Assembly (NCBI RefSeq): GCF_963921235.1
Contig: NC_086097.1
Coordinates: forward strand, 166,038,001 to 166,102,000
Length of the DNA stretch: 64,000 bases
Reading direction: 5' to 3'
Source: Mobula hypostoma
Taxonomy: Eukaryota
Part shown: positions 38,895-52,400 of the stretch, in pieces
How the letters are laid out: the number at the start of each line of letters is the position of its first letter
Position numbering within the stretch: position 1 is the first letter of the stretch
Notes under the pieces: model-generated
What the model was told of the DNA's origin: nothing
Database searches by the model: none
What the model saw: the letters and a program-made list of their open reading frames with translations, nothing else
Position numbers and translations under genes: made by a program

Positions 38895-41240
38895 TTAGTT
38901 AGCTGATCCTCTTTGGCTTCTCGACAAGCAACAGAAAATCTGTTCAATACACAAGAAAAGTCTGCTGGAGGAACTCAGCGGGACAGGCAAAATCTATAGG
39001 GGGAGATGAACAGTCAACATTTTGGGCCAAGACCATTCATCATGACTGAACGGTAGGAGGGCAGAAGTCAGAATGAAAGACTGGAGTGAGGTGGAGGAGC
39101 AAGAGCTGGTTAATGCGTAACAGGTGAATTCCAGTGAGAGGGGTCAGAGATGGAGTTGAGGAATGGGAATTATTTGAGAAGCTGGGAGGTGATAAGTAGA
39201 AGAGGCAAAATAATACCCAATTGGGCTAGCAAGGATCCCAGGTACTTGTGATCCATTAACTGCTTCCCTTTCTTCCCTCCTTCAGTTTACTATGCATTAG
39301 CCCTACTGCTATGCACAGATTATAAAACATTTTCAGCCCTTTGCCTCCTCTTCCTCTAGCTTTTTATTATGTGTGTTGCTCCATTCCAGTATCTGTAGAC
39401 TTCCCTGTGTCTCCAGGAAACCTGGCTGATTATCTTGTCTGTAGGTCCCAGCTGTGTGCAATTCAGTTAGTTTTCATCAGGAGAGAAGATGGGGGAAGGA
39501 TGTGAACATCTCTTGGCAATATGAGACCAGATAACTTAACGTGACAGTTAACAAGCAGGTTATGTTTTTTGTTTGCTTTCTCTCTTTCCTAGTTTTGGAC
39601 CCGAAATGTCTGGTTGTTGTTGTACAGATGTGGCCTGACCAATTGAGTATTTCTAGTATTTTCTAATTTTGTTTGAGATTTCCAGCGTCTGCATTTTAAA
39701 CAAAATTCATCATTAAAAGTAGATTTGTTGGTCAGCAGTGTTTGTGGGACCTCATTGCATGCACCTTGAATGTTATATTTCCTATTGTTACTGCAGGAAC
39801 TACATTTCAAAAGTGCTTCATTGTCTTTTAGCAGCTTTGAAATCTCCCAAGGACGTGAAAGGCACTATATAAATGTAAATTCAGCTTTCTTTCACGAGTA
39901 ACTACCAAACCAATGCTGAGTAGGTGCCTCTGCATTCAGTTGGGTTACAACTGTCAGCACAGGTGGGTACAATGACAAGAATCATATCCTCAGTAATTCT
40001 GAGGCCAAAACTTTATTTTTAGGCAGCCTGTCATCTATTACAATTCTTGGGCAAATAATTACTGGAGCTTAACTGAAGTGTTGGATGAAACACGATAAAA
40101 GCAAGGTTAGGGTATTGTGAAAACTGAAAAAAAAAGAATATTACACAGTTTAAAGGATTAAGAAAAAGTTGAATTCGGTTACTGAAACCTGAAAACGTAA
40201 TTATCTGAAATGTTTCCGATTAAAGACATTTGACTGAAGTTAATTGAACTTCCGGTGGATTAACACCTGGGCTGAAATAACTGGAGAAATTCAGCCATGT
40301 AAGAGGATTGCATGCATCATGCATGTTAAATTCTGCTGTAGTACCGTGATCTGTATGACTAGAGGCCTTATTGGAAACAGTCCAGCAGTAACTTCTTTAA
40401 TGTAATTGCCCCTCTGACTTCAAACAGAAATAATCATCCAGCAGTTTATATTTCCTTTCATCTCTATTGATTTTCTCAAGTCTCTCTGCTTTTAAAATTA
40501 AGCTGACATTTTAGACCAGCCCTAATGGAGCTCAGAGGCAGACATGAAAGTGACTTTTTTCACTTCATTCCTAAATCAAAAAATACATGTAAATGCAATA
40601 GGACCAAATCAAGTTGGCTGCACTATATCATGTTCAGCTTCTTTGAGGGAGCCAGTCTTGGATTTGTGTGGACAATGGACTCTGCATGAGGTGCATTGGC
40701 AGAGACTGCCTTGCTCAGGTACCCCAAATTTATTTAGGCAATTTGCCTCTTCCATTCTAAACCGAGTATGGAAAGCTGTAGGTGTGCAGAGCAGAGGCCT
40801 GACCTCTAATCCTCCTCATCCTTGTCCCTAAATTCCTCCGCATTACTGATCCAAAGCTCTAACCTGACCCCTAACTCCCTTCCCTGTCTCCAAAATCAAC
40901 CATAGGAATTTAAAAACAACTAGGTCTAAGCCACAACTTTGATGGAGACCACAACTATCTTGACTTCTATCAGTCCCATTCCTGTACGTATTTCCACGTA
41001 CCCTGTTCTCCTTCACATCAGTGCCATTCTCGTTCACCAATTAGCCTTCAATGCTAGGGGTGATTTACCATATGGCAACTTAATCTGCCAATTGCACATA
41101 TTTGGGATGTGGATGGAAACTATAGCAGCTGAGGAAACTCTTGTTTTAGCAGCAAGAGCTAACATCAGCTTTGGACCGTGGTACTTTGAGGCAGCAACAC
41201 AAATGTGAACTTCAGAAAGAGCTGGAACAAATTAAATTGA

Positions 41241-41389
41241 AAACAAAAGAGATTCTGCAGATGCTGGAAATCCAGAGCAACTCACACAAAATGTGGGAGG
41301 AACTCAGCAGATCAGACAGCATCTATAGAAAGGAACAAACAATCAAAGTTTCATGCTAAGACCTTGACTGTTTATCCCTCTCCATAGTG
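41241..41389. repeat. Penelope pLTR hairpin-type insertion
   Basis: Full antisense arm plus a short sense arm (ttgactgtttatccctctccatag). 13-bp TSD caaattaaattga (41228-40, 41390-402). Confidence 0.8.
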
Positions 41390-44300
41390 CAAATTAAATT
41401 GATCGTCTATTCATTTGCATACTGTTTTTTGTTCTGAATAAAACACTGACACTGTATGGAATCCAATGCTATTTTTCTCTCTTGGTAATTTACTAAAGTT
41501 TCCACTGTTTATTTTCTTACTGGTAATGGATCAGTGATTAAAGATGTTTCTCCACTGTGGTAAGTTGATGGTGTATATTGATATTGGTATATCAGTGATG
41601 GTAAAATCTGGTGGAGTTAATGGATTATGGAGATATCAGAATGGAATTAGTACAGGATTAGCATACTAGATGGTTGTCATGCACTTGGGGCAGGGGGACC
41701 TCTTCTTCTGCTGCATGACCCTTTGACTAACTAAGGAGTGAGTACTGGGGATGATGGTGGGAAAAGACAGCCACATTGGTTTGCTTGTCCTTCCAGTAAA
41801 TGTGAACCTCTATGATTAGTGTCCTGGCTAATACTATTTGTCCCTGATCCTGATACTCACCAGCATGTATCTTGCCGCCATCATTGCCCTGACACTTTTT
41901 CTCAAAGGTAAATCTAATATGTATCCCTTATGCAAGTCTTCCAGATGATTTAAAACAATAGAAGCTGTCCCGATGACCTGAAACGTCGACAACCCCTTTC
42001 CTCCTACAGATGCTGCTCAACACACTGCATTCTTCTAGCAGACTGTTTGTTGCTGCAGTTTCCCACCTCTGCAGTCTGTTGTGTGCAGATGAATTACCTG
42101 CTCATTATCGTACCACTATTCATGGGAGCTTGGTGTTCGTAAATTGTTTTAAAAATATTACCTACATAGTACAGTGACGGCAGTTTAAATGGCTTTTCTG
42201 AGATCTTGAGATGACTTATAAGTATGATTCTTTACTCATTTCATTCAACTACAGAAGTTAAAGCATGAAGACAAAACTTGTTTCAGATTTAAAATTACAA
42301 GTATAGGCATGCCATTTAAAAAGGGAATACTTGGCACCATATCTATTGTCTTGTATGCTAATTGAAAGCAAAACTAATTCCCTTAATGGCATCTTTGTAA
42401 GTAAGACTCTAATAATAGTGTAGTATTTGGGAATGATACATTCATGTAGATCATCTGTTAATGATCAAGATAAAATGAGAAATGAATCGTTCCAGATTTT
42501 AGGGAGAGACAATTCCTGGCACCACTGTAAACAACTTCTCCATGTATACATGAAAAAGCTTTCTAAAAACCATGAGGGAATTGTTTGAACAAAAAAAGCA
42601 AAACCCACAAAGGCTGAAGTCATGTAAAGAAATTGTTAGAAGAATGTGGTGGAAAGAAAGTAATATTTTCTCCAAAAGCTTCAAGGCTTGTAAACAAAAG
42701 AGTAAAATGAGAAGATTCTGATGCCATGCTTGCATCTATCTGAGGTATGAAACCGCAAAGGAACAAATTGACATTAATAATCTGGAAATCAATCTATTTG
42801 ACAAGGAAAAGATAAAAGAACAACAAGAAATTTTTGTTCCCCAGGCTCTTCCCCTGGCAGAACTAGCTTTTACCCATAGTGGTAAGTGAATGGCGCATGT
42901 TGCTAGGGTGGTGGTAGAGACAGATTCATTAGGACATTTAAGAGACTCTTAGACTGGCACATCATTGAAGGAAAACTGCTGGGGTATGTTGGAGGGAAGG
43001 GTTAAATTGGTCTTGGAGAGTGTTAAAAGGTCAACACAATATCATGGGCAAAGGGCCTGTACTGAGCTGTACTCTTCTATGTTCTCTGTGTATGTTCGAA
43101 TTCTTTTTGGATATTTGGTAAATGGTTTATTACTATCTCATGTACTGAGAAACGGTGAAAATCTTTTGTTTACATGTCACACAGATCGACTGTTCCATAT
43201 ACAAGTACATCGATCTCGTACAAAAAAAAACAGGATGCAGAATATAGTATTACAATTTCAGGGATTCCCCCTCCCTTAAAGTTGCTCTACAATTTTTATA
43301 TAAGTCACAGGGAGAGCCATTGGTCTCACTGTAATGCTGACTACCTGCTGAAGGCATTATATTCCATGGGAACTCCACTGCTAACCATCTGTTCTAGCTG
43401 TAGATAGAGCCATGCAGCATGGTAAAAGGCTCTTTGGCTCATTGGGTCGGTCTCCACATCTCTCCTTGAGCAGTAAGTGTTTCTCTGGTTTCTATGTGTA
43501 ACCGTGTTCTACTGATGTTTACAGCAAAATCAAAAGAGCTATTAGAAGAAGGGAGCATGTTTTCATTCAATTCAGGACACAGGAAAATCAATAGGAATCA
43601 GTCCTACTTCCCCACTATTGAGTTCATTTACAAATGCTGCCAAAAGAAAGCAGCATCCATCATCAAGGACCCCACTATGCAGGTCATCTCGCTACCACTA
43701 TTGGGCAGGAGGTACAGAATCCTTAGGTCCAATGCCACTAGGTTTAGGAACAGTTATTAACCTACAATCATCTTCTGAACTGGTGTGGATAACATCATTC
43801 ATCATGACTCTGAACTGATTCTATGAACGACAGGCTCACTTTCAAGGACTTTTTACAACTCATGTTCTCAGTAGTATTTTTATATGCTCAGTTCTACCTC
43901 TTTTGATCATTGGTTGCTCATCAGTCTTTATTCATGTATAGTTTTCTTGTAAAATTCAATTGTACTTCTTTTTCTCCTGTAAATTTTTGCAAGAAAATGA
44001 AACCCAAGGTAATATATGTTAACATATATTTACTTTGATTATAAATTTACCTTGAACTTACCTGAATGATTTAGATCCTTTCTGACATCTGAGCTAATGT
44101 GTGGTAGATGCCTGAGGGTGAAGCAGGTGGAGCATTCATTTGTGCATCAGAAAGGGCAGAGTAAAGCATGACACCACTTCAAGATCCAAGTTTTTGGTGT
44201 GGTCACCAAGCATCTGGTGGAAGGAAGACCTGTGGAAGACTTTAAACCACCAGGCTGGAAAGGCAACAATGTTCTGTTCTGTTGTATATTATTTGGTCAA

Positions 44301-47073
44301 ATAACGTGGTTTTATGATGGCAATGGAGATTCTTGATAAATTGGTTATTTTGTCTGTAGATTCCTTCTGTTATTTCCTGTGTTGACAATGCCTTGTTCAA
44401 CTAGAATTTGTGTATTGGAAGTGCTAAAATGCGTCTTGTAAAATCAATCACAATCTCACATGTTGATTAATGTCCTTTCAATTGGATCAGATTATTTTCA
44501 GTTTGATGCTGGTATTCAACACCTGGTACCCATGAGTAATATGGGCCGTTCAATCTCTCTAACTCTGAGCAGACATTCCATATTCGGATCAGAACTCCCA
44601 CTGCCAAGTCCAGATGGGATATCAAGTGCTGTTGCAATACAAGTCAAATTTATTTTTGGACTGTAATGGAAGGGAATTTTTCCCTTGGTGAAAACTACAA
44701 ATAATTGGCACCGAACAAACCATTTTCAATACAATTTGCAGAGTCATAATCCCTGGAAAGAAATAATCATTGTTTCAACACGTTTAGAATACAACTGGAA
44801 GGATATTGATTTTGTCCTTGAGATTGAATAGATAACTAAAATATTTTGTCACCAAAAATTTAGGATTATAGCTAAATTTGTGACAAGTTGGGGAAAACAA
44901 GCAAACCATTACTTTCTTGTAGCTGTGGAATGTAAGGCAATTAGATTAATTTGGCTGAAGGTAGAGAAATTATCATTGTTCTAGCTGCCAATCAAATCTT
45001 GGCAAGGCAATTTTTCTAGAAAGCCAATCACTATGGTTGTCAACAAAGAGAAGGACTGTATGAAAGTCAGGCTAAAATAATTTGGCTTAGAAGACAATTT
45101 AAGTACACTCGTTGACTGGCTGCAGATTGCTTCTCTTTCTACCTTACTGGCAGCCACCAATACCTTTAAGAATATTAAGAAATTGGTATGGGAAGTATCA
45201 CATTTATCTCATTATTCCCTGAGATTACTTGTACTGTAATTTAGTTCTTTATGCAGGTGGAAACATAATATTGTGGAATATGAATGATTGTAGTCTTAGG
45301 TATGCCATGGAAATCAATAAAAGGTCGTGAGATTAAGGGATTCTGCAGATGCTGGAAATCTAGATTAACACAAACAAAACGCTGGAAGAACTCAGCAAGT
45401 CAGGCAGCATCTGGGGGGAGGGGGCATTTGCCTTTCAAATAGTCCAACAATGTTAGTGATACTATTCCATCAGAGAAATATCAGTTATGAATGTCGGCTT
45501 ATATTAACACAGGACCTTTTTTGGAAGAGGAATCTCAACTCTGCTGTTCTTGCAGTTGTCATTGTATCTTCAAGGATGTGGTTTTTAATTTAGTTTTAGC
45601 TCTCCCCACCCCATTATCAAATAGCAGACGGGGGCCAAATTACTGTAAAAGATTGATTCTTTTTTGGCTCTAATTTTACACTGCAGACAGTAACGTTCCC
45701 AGCAAACTCAGCTTGCTAATTCTGCAAAAGGAGTTTCAAAAGCTTAATTTAAGTACATTTACAATTTTGAAGGCAAGGTCTGAGTAGACTTGGCAAAATT
45801 TATTGGGAGCAACAACCAGTGGCAGTAAGGTAAGGTATGGTATTCGTTTTTTGTGGACCTGATAAAGAGGGAGTGATCCTCTGAGACTCCCAAAGAAACT
45901 TTGGTCTTCAGTGCTCCATTCATCTCTGACTAGTAATCCAGAATCTGAAGAGAAGGAAGGGCTTTTGCTTTAGCCCTAATTAGATCTCATCTTGACTATG
46001 TTCTACTGATATATTAACCACTGAATCTTGAATATATCAGTCCAAAGTAGTCACTGGTTATGTTGCCTAGAATATTACTGGGGTTCTGTAAGAAAGTTTG
46101 CTTGTTCTTCTCATGAGCAAGTGGGATTCCTCTGGGTGCCCTGGTTTCCTCCCAGAATGCAAAGACATACTGGCTTGTAGATTAATTGTTCATTGTAAAT
46201 TGCACCGTGATTAGCCTAGGGTTAAATAGGTGGTTTGCTGGGAAGTGTGGCTTGTTGGCCCTAAGGAACCTCTTCCGCACTGTAAAATAAAAAACCCTGG
46301 TGTAATGTTAAGTGCTTGGCATTGCCTCCCTGCCATTTTCCTGAGTGTGTTTAGTGGGGATGTGACAAACAATACACCAATCAAGCCCAGCTGTCAATGT
46401 GAGCCAGTTTAGCTAACGCACGGTTAGATGAGGTCAAGATTTTTTTGGCGGATTAGAATGAGTTTTACTTCCAGCAAAAAAAAAGTCATTAGAAACAAGT
46501 TAGGCTGTTTTATATGCAATTTAATGGTTATAATCAAATATCTCCTGCTGACAGTGAGCTGCCAAAGGCCATCAGGGGTTCAGGTTTCACTTCCTAAGGC
46601 CTGGATGTGAAATGCATTCAGTCTCTCGGACTCCGGGTTGTTTTGGGAATCAGTGGTGAATTTAGCTGAAGGGTAAGGCATTAAAAGTGCTGTCCTCCGG
46701 CTCCAAATACTTCTCTCACTTCTGAAATGCATAAATCAGAGAACACAAAAGTCTGGGTGCTGGTGTCTACATTGGAACCCAATAGTTCTGACAGTTCTGG
46801 TTATCAAAGTGCTTTGAGTACTTAGGAATGTCCCATTTTTATGCTGCATGCTGCTCAATGCTGCAGGAAATGCAGGGCCTATCTGTGAACCTTGGAGCCA
46901 GTTTCACAGTCACAAGTTTGGGACTAGGAAGTTTCAATCTTTCTGTGGAGGTTTGTGGTGAACAAGGGCCAGAAGAGAGACTGGGAGGAATGCTGTTTAT
47001 AGATGATTCAGTGATGGTACCTGACTTGATCACAGTAGGTTTTGGCTGTCCTGACTAACTAGAGATCTATCAT

Positions 47074-48835
47074 AAACAACAGGAATTCTGCAGATGCTGG
47101 AAATTCAAGCAACATACATCAAAGTTGCTGGTGAACTTCTTTTTGGATTGCAGACCTAATCAGTTCCCCTCTACCACCACTCTGCTCCGTCTAGCGGAAT
47201 TAGTCCTTACTCTTAATAATTTCTCCTTTTGCTCCTCCCATTTCCTCCAAACTAAAGGTGTAGCTATGGGCACCCGTATGGGTCCTAGCTATGCCTGCCT
47301 TTTTGTTGGGTTTGTGGAACAATCTATGTTCCAAACCTATTCTGGTATCTGTCCCCCACTTTTCCTTCGCTACATCGACGACTGCATTGGTGCTGCTTCC
47401 TGCACGCATGCAGAACTCATTGACTTTATTAACTTTGCTTCCAACTTTCACCCTGCCCTCAAGTTTACCTGGTCCATTTCCGACACCTCCCTCCCCTTTC
47501 TAGATCTTTCTGTCTCTGTCTCTGGAGACAGCTTATCCACTGATGTCTACTATAAGCCTACTGACTCTCACAGCTATCTGGACTATTCCTCTTCTCACCC
47601 TGTCTCTTGCAAAAACGTCATCCCCTTCTTGCAATTCCTCCATCCCCGCCGCATCTGCTCTCAGGATGAGGCTTTTCATTCTAGGACGAGGGAGATGTCT
47701 TCATTTTTTAAAGAAAGGGGCTTCCCTTCCTCCACTATCAACTCTGCTCTTAAACGCATCTCCCCCATTTCACGTACATCTGCTCTCACTCCATCCTCCC
47801 ACCACCCCACTAGGAATAGGGTTCCCCTGGTCCTCACCTACCACCCCACCAGCCTCCGGGTCCAACATATTATTCTCCGTAACTTCCGCCACCTCCAACA
47901 GGATCCCACCACTAAGCACATCTTTCTCTACCCCCCTCTCTCTGCATTCCGCAGGGATCGCTCCCTACACAACTCCCTTGTCCATTCGTCCCCCCCATCC
48001 CTCCCCACTGATCTCCCTCCTGGCACTTATCCGTGTAAGCGGAACAAGTGCTACACATGCCCTTACACTTCCTCCCTTACCACCATTCAGGGCCCCAAAC
48101 AGTCCTTCCAGGTGAGGCATCACTTCACCTGTGAGTCGACTGGGGTGATATACTGCGTCCGGTGCTCCCGATGTGGCCTTTTATATATTGGTGAGGCCCG
48201 ACGCAGACTGGGAGACCGCTTTGCTGAACATCTACGCTCTGTCCGCCACAGAAAGCAGGATCTCCCAGTGGCCACACATTTTAATTCCACATCCCATTCC
48301 CATTCTGACATGTCTATCCACGGCCTCCTCTACTGTAAAGATGAAGCCACACTCAGGTTGGAGGAACAACACCTTATATTCCGTCTGGGTAGCCTCCAAC
48401 CTGATGGCATGAACATTGACTTCTCTAACTTCCGCTAAGGCCCCACCTCCCCCTCGTACCCCATCTGTTACTCATTTTTATGCACACATTCTTTCTCTCA
48501 CTCTCCTTTTTCTCCCTCTGTCCCTCTGAATATACCTCTTGCCCATCCTCTGGGTCACCCCCCCCCCCTTGTCTTTCTTCCCGGACCTCCTGTCCCATGA
48601 TCCTCTCGTATCCCCTTTTGCCTATCACCTGTCCAGCTCTCGGCTCCATCCCTCCCCCTCCTGTCTTCTCCTATCATTTTGGATCTCCCCCTCCCCCTCC
48701 AGCTTTCAAATCCCTTACTCACTCTTCCTTCAGTTAGTCCTGACGAAGGGTCTCGGCCTGAAACGTCGACTGCGCCTCTTCCTATAGATGCTGCTTGGCC
48801 TGCTGCGTTCACCAGCAACTTTGATGTATGTTGCT
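47074..48835 (+). mobile_element. Young Penelope-like element (Neptune-type) with inverted pLTR piece at the 5' end
   Basis: Open frame to 48438 with KGVAMGTRMGPSYA, YIDD and GIY-YIG. Inverted pLTR at 47074-47136. 14-bp TSD tagagatctatcat (47060-73, 48836-49). Near-identical to the 37 kb copy. Confidence 0.95.
48735..48772 (+). ncRNA. Minimal type I hammerhead ribozyme in pLTR
   Basis: tagtc-CTGACGA-agg(gtctcgg)cct-GAAA-c-GTC^-gactg. Predicted cleavage after 48767. Confidence 0.82.
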
Positions 48836-49160
48836 TAGAGATCTATCATCTCTCTTTCCATTTCATTTATCACATTGTCCAATCTTCTTGCTTGATATAG
48901 GGTTCTTACATTCCCAGTGGCAATAATTTTCTTTTGTGTTACTTGAATTTTATGAGCAGTAGCTTGATGACGGTCAGGAATCCCTTGCTGACCAGAACCA
49001 ACCTTACCGGCCGAAGCATCTTCAGAATTGTCTTGAAGATCTTGACGCTGTTGTTGTGTGATACATTTTGTGAGTTTGACCATGGTTTTCTTAGCAAATA
49101 GATTCTAGGAAACGTAGCATCTAGCAACAGTGGTTTGTTATTGCCTACCGCTGGGCGAAC
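48836..49160 (-). mobile_element. RTE-clade LINE 5' end (5' UTR and start of AP endonuclease), inverted
   Basis: IATGNVRTLYQARRLDNVINEMER matches the RTE endonuclease start motif (IATWNVRTL). Confidence 0.75.
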
Positions 49161-49179
49161 TAAATAAATCGAATTAGTA

Positions 49180-50592
49180 ATAGAACAAATTATCGCCCTT
49201 GAAGATTATGGAATTGAAAAACTTACTGAGTTAATCAATTGACGTTTATGAGACTGGAATAATACCAGAAGAGATGAAAAAAATCAGTATTTATCAGTCT
49301 TCTTAAGAAACCTGGAGCAATAGAATGTGAATTACATAGGACCATAAGTTTAATGAGTCATATCACCAAGATACTTCTAAGAATTTTGATGACACCAGCT
49401 AAAAGTAAGATACAAGCTGAATTAGGTAAAGAATAATGTGGTTTTGTGAAAGACAAAGGTACAAGAAACGCAATATTGATGTTAAGGATACTATCAGAAT
49501 GAGCTATTCAAGAGCAAAAAGATTTGTTTGTTTGGTTTATCGACTATACAAAAGCATTTGATAAAGTGAAGCATAATAAGTTATTTGAAATATTACAGAA
49601 AACTCTAGATCTAGATTTGAAAGACCTCTGCCTAATCAGAAATCTGTACTGGGAACAAACTGCCGCTGTAAGAATAGATGGAGAAGTGAGTCAGTTTATG
49701 AAAATCAAGAGAGGTGTTAGACAAGAGTGTGTTTTCTCCCCTGATTTATTTAATGTGTACAGTGAAACAATATTACAAAAAATAAGAGACATCTTCGGAA
49801 TCAAAGTTGGTGGTGAAAACATCAATAATTTCAGATATGCAGATGACACTTTGTTAACTGCAAATATGGAGGAAGAACGACAAAACTTAATTGATATAGT
49901 TGTTGAAGAAAGTGCAAAAATGGGTCTATCTATCAATCGCAAAAAGACAGAATGTATGGTGATATCCAGAAAGAAGGAGAATCCTATCTGCAAGCTGAGA
50001 ATGAACGGGGAAGACATAAAACAAGTACAGAACTTTTGCTACTTAGGAAGCTGGGTGACATCAGATGGCAGGTGCGACATGGACATCAAAAGAAGAATAG
50101 GGATGGCAAAAGACACCTTTACGAAAATGAAGCGTATACTGACCAACACTAAACTAGGAATGACAATCCGCCTCAGAGAACGAAAATGTTACGTTTATCC
50201 AGTTATGTTATTTGGCTCAGAATGTTGGACAATATCTAGTAACATGAGGAAGCAAATTGAAGTAGCAGAGGTGTGGTTTTTGAGGAGGATGCAAAGAATA
50301 TCATGGACAAAATGCATATCTAATGAGGATGTCATGAACAGAGCAAACACAAAAAGAGAAATAATGTATGAGATCATTGGACATGTGATTAGGAAAGAGG
50401 AGTTAGAATACACGGTAATTATGGGAAAGACTGAAGGGAAGAAAGCAAGAGGAAGACAAAGACAAATGATGATGGAGACAGCAGCCAGAGAACTGGAACT
50501 GAATACCAATGAATTGATCCACTTGACCCAAAACAGGAGTGTGTGGGCCATGGCAGTCAAAGCTCAAACTGGGCATGGCACCTGATGATGAT
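49180..50592 (+). mobile_element. RTE-clade LINE RT and 3' end
   Basis: FIDYTKAFD, RGVRQEC, NNFRYADD, FCYLGS, GKKARGRQR. Stop at 50583-85 runs into a (TGA)n tail. Confidence 0.92.
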
Positions 50593-51125
50593 CATCATCA
50601 TGTCTCTCACTTATTAGATATCTACAATAGATGAACAAAAGGATAGGCATACGTGTTGGATCACTATGGCCACTGTGCTGTACAATGAACATATATTTGT
50701 TCTAATTCTGTTCTTTCTATATAATTTTGTATAATTTAAGTTTAATTTATGTTACTCTTGTGAATGTTGTGTCTCTAATACTATGTGCCGGTGATGCTGC
50801 TGCAAGGAAGTTTTTCATTGTGTCCCTGCACACATTTACTTGTGCACATGACAGTAAACTCAACTTTGACTTTGACTTTGATATTGTGCAGTGTCCCAAA
50901 GTCAAAGCCTAATTTGATTATATTTTCATAGGCACAAATACATGTCAGCACAGGTGTAATGAAAAACTTACTTGTAGCAGCATCACGGGCACATAACATC
51001 AAAAAAGCAGCTTTTGATCGACGAATCCATGTACAAAACCTTGCACTATTTAGTTTTATCGTAACACAGTAATTTGTTATGCCTCTACTGTGCTACTGCA
51101 ACAAAACAACACATTTCATAATTTA

Positions 51126-51192
51126 CAGTACTGTGTAAAAGTCTTGGGCACATAAATATACTTAAGATGCCTAAGACTTTTGTACAGTACTG
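51126..51192. mobile_element. 67-bp Tc1/mariner-type MITE
   Basis: TA|cagtactgtgtaaaagtcttgggca...tgcctaagacttttgtacagtactg|TA. Confidence 0.8.
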
Positions 51193-52084
51193 TAGGAATG
51201 TTATGTATTGCACTGTACTGCTGCCGCAAAATAAAACCAAATTTCATGACATACGTGAGTGATGTTAAACCTGATTCTGCTATGGCTCTGAGTGTGGGAA
51301 GGGGGTAGGAAAGGGGATCATGGTTGGGAAAAAGGGAAGGGACAGGGGACGGAGCACGATGCACCAGAGAGACATTCTGTAATGATCAATAGACCAATTG
51401 TTTTGAATGAAATGACCTTGCGTAGTGACTCAGTGCTGGGTGTGTCTGCACATGCACCAAGCCCTATCCCTGGCACTCCTTCTCTGCCACCTGCCCCACA
51501 TCCATCCCATGGGGCTCCACTCTTGGTTTGCTTAATTGCAGATCTGTTAGCTGTCATTCATAGTAAGTGTCCCATTTATTCATTCATGCAATATGCTTGG
51601 CAATACTGGCATTTATTGTCCTTCCTTAGTTACTGCTGACCCCAGCGGCCAGTACCAAGCCATCAGGTAAAGATGCTAGATTTCATTCCCTGAAAGGTCA
51701 TAGTTAATTGGGGGCAGGGGTTTAAAATAAATGATACAGCCACAATTACTCTTCATATTTTAAAAAAATTCTAAATATATTATTTACTTGAATTTAAATT
51801 CCCCAGGTCTTGTGGTTAGATTTGAGCTCATAATTGTAGATTAGAGATCAAGGATTTCTGCATACTAAGGAATTAAGGAATATGGAGTTAGTGGGGGAAT
51901 GTTTCACTGAGGTAAAAGAATGGCAAGGCAGGCATGAGGGGGTTGAATGGTCATCCCCTGCTTCTGCTTTTGTCAGTTCTACATTTATGTACTGATGTGA
52001 TGGAATGATCTGTTTAGATGGCATGTAAGATTTTTATTCACTGTACCTCAATACATGAGATAATAAAAAAAGCACCAGTTTTCA

Positions 52085-52400
52085 TAAAATACATAGAATG
52101 TACAGCAGGGTATGTGGTGCCATCCTATCTATATGCACTCCATGATCAACCTAACCCTTCTTTCCTACACAGCCCATAACCCTCCATTTTTCTTACATCA
52201 CGTGTCTATCTAAGAGTCTTTTAAATGCCCCTATTGTATTAACCTCTACCCACCACGCCAGCAGTGCATTAAGCAGTTGCCACTCTCTGTGTAAAAAAAA
52301 CCTCTGACATCTCCCTTAAACTTTCTGCCATGCATTTTAAACGGATGCCTTCTGATATTGACTATGCCATCCTGGGAAAAAGGTGTTGGCTGCCCACTGG
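52085..52400 (-). repeat. Old CR1 3' fragment
   Basis: GRKFKGDVRGFFY peptide and CR1-type tail. Confidence 0.65.

Noticed and set aside
44460..44666. 68-aa ORF with an upstream ttttcag as a coding exon
   Set aside because: No convincing donor, and no recognisable protein.
47125..47136. Start of the 437-aa ORF as a true initiation site
   Set aside because: The first codons come from the inverted pLTR piece. The element is 5'-truncated inside the RT.
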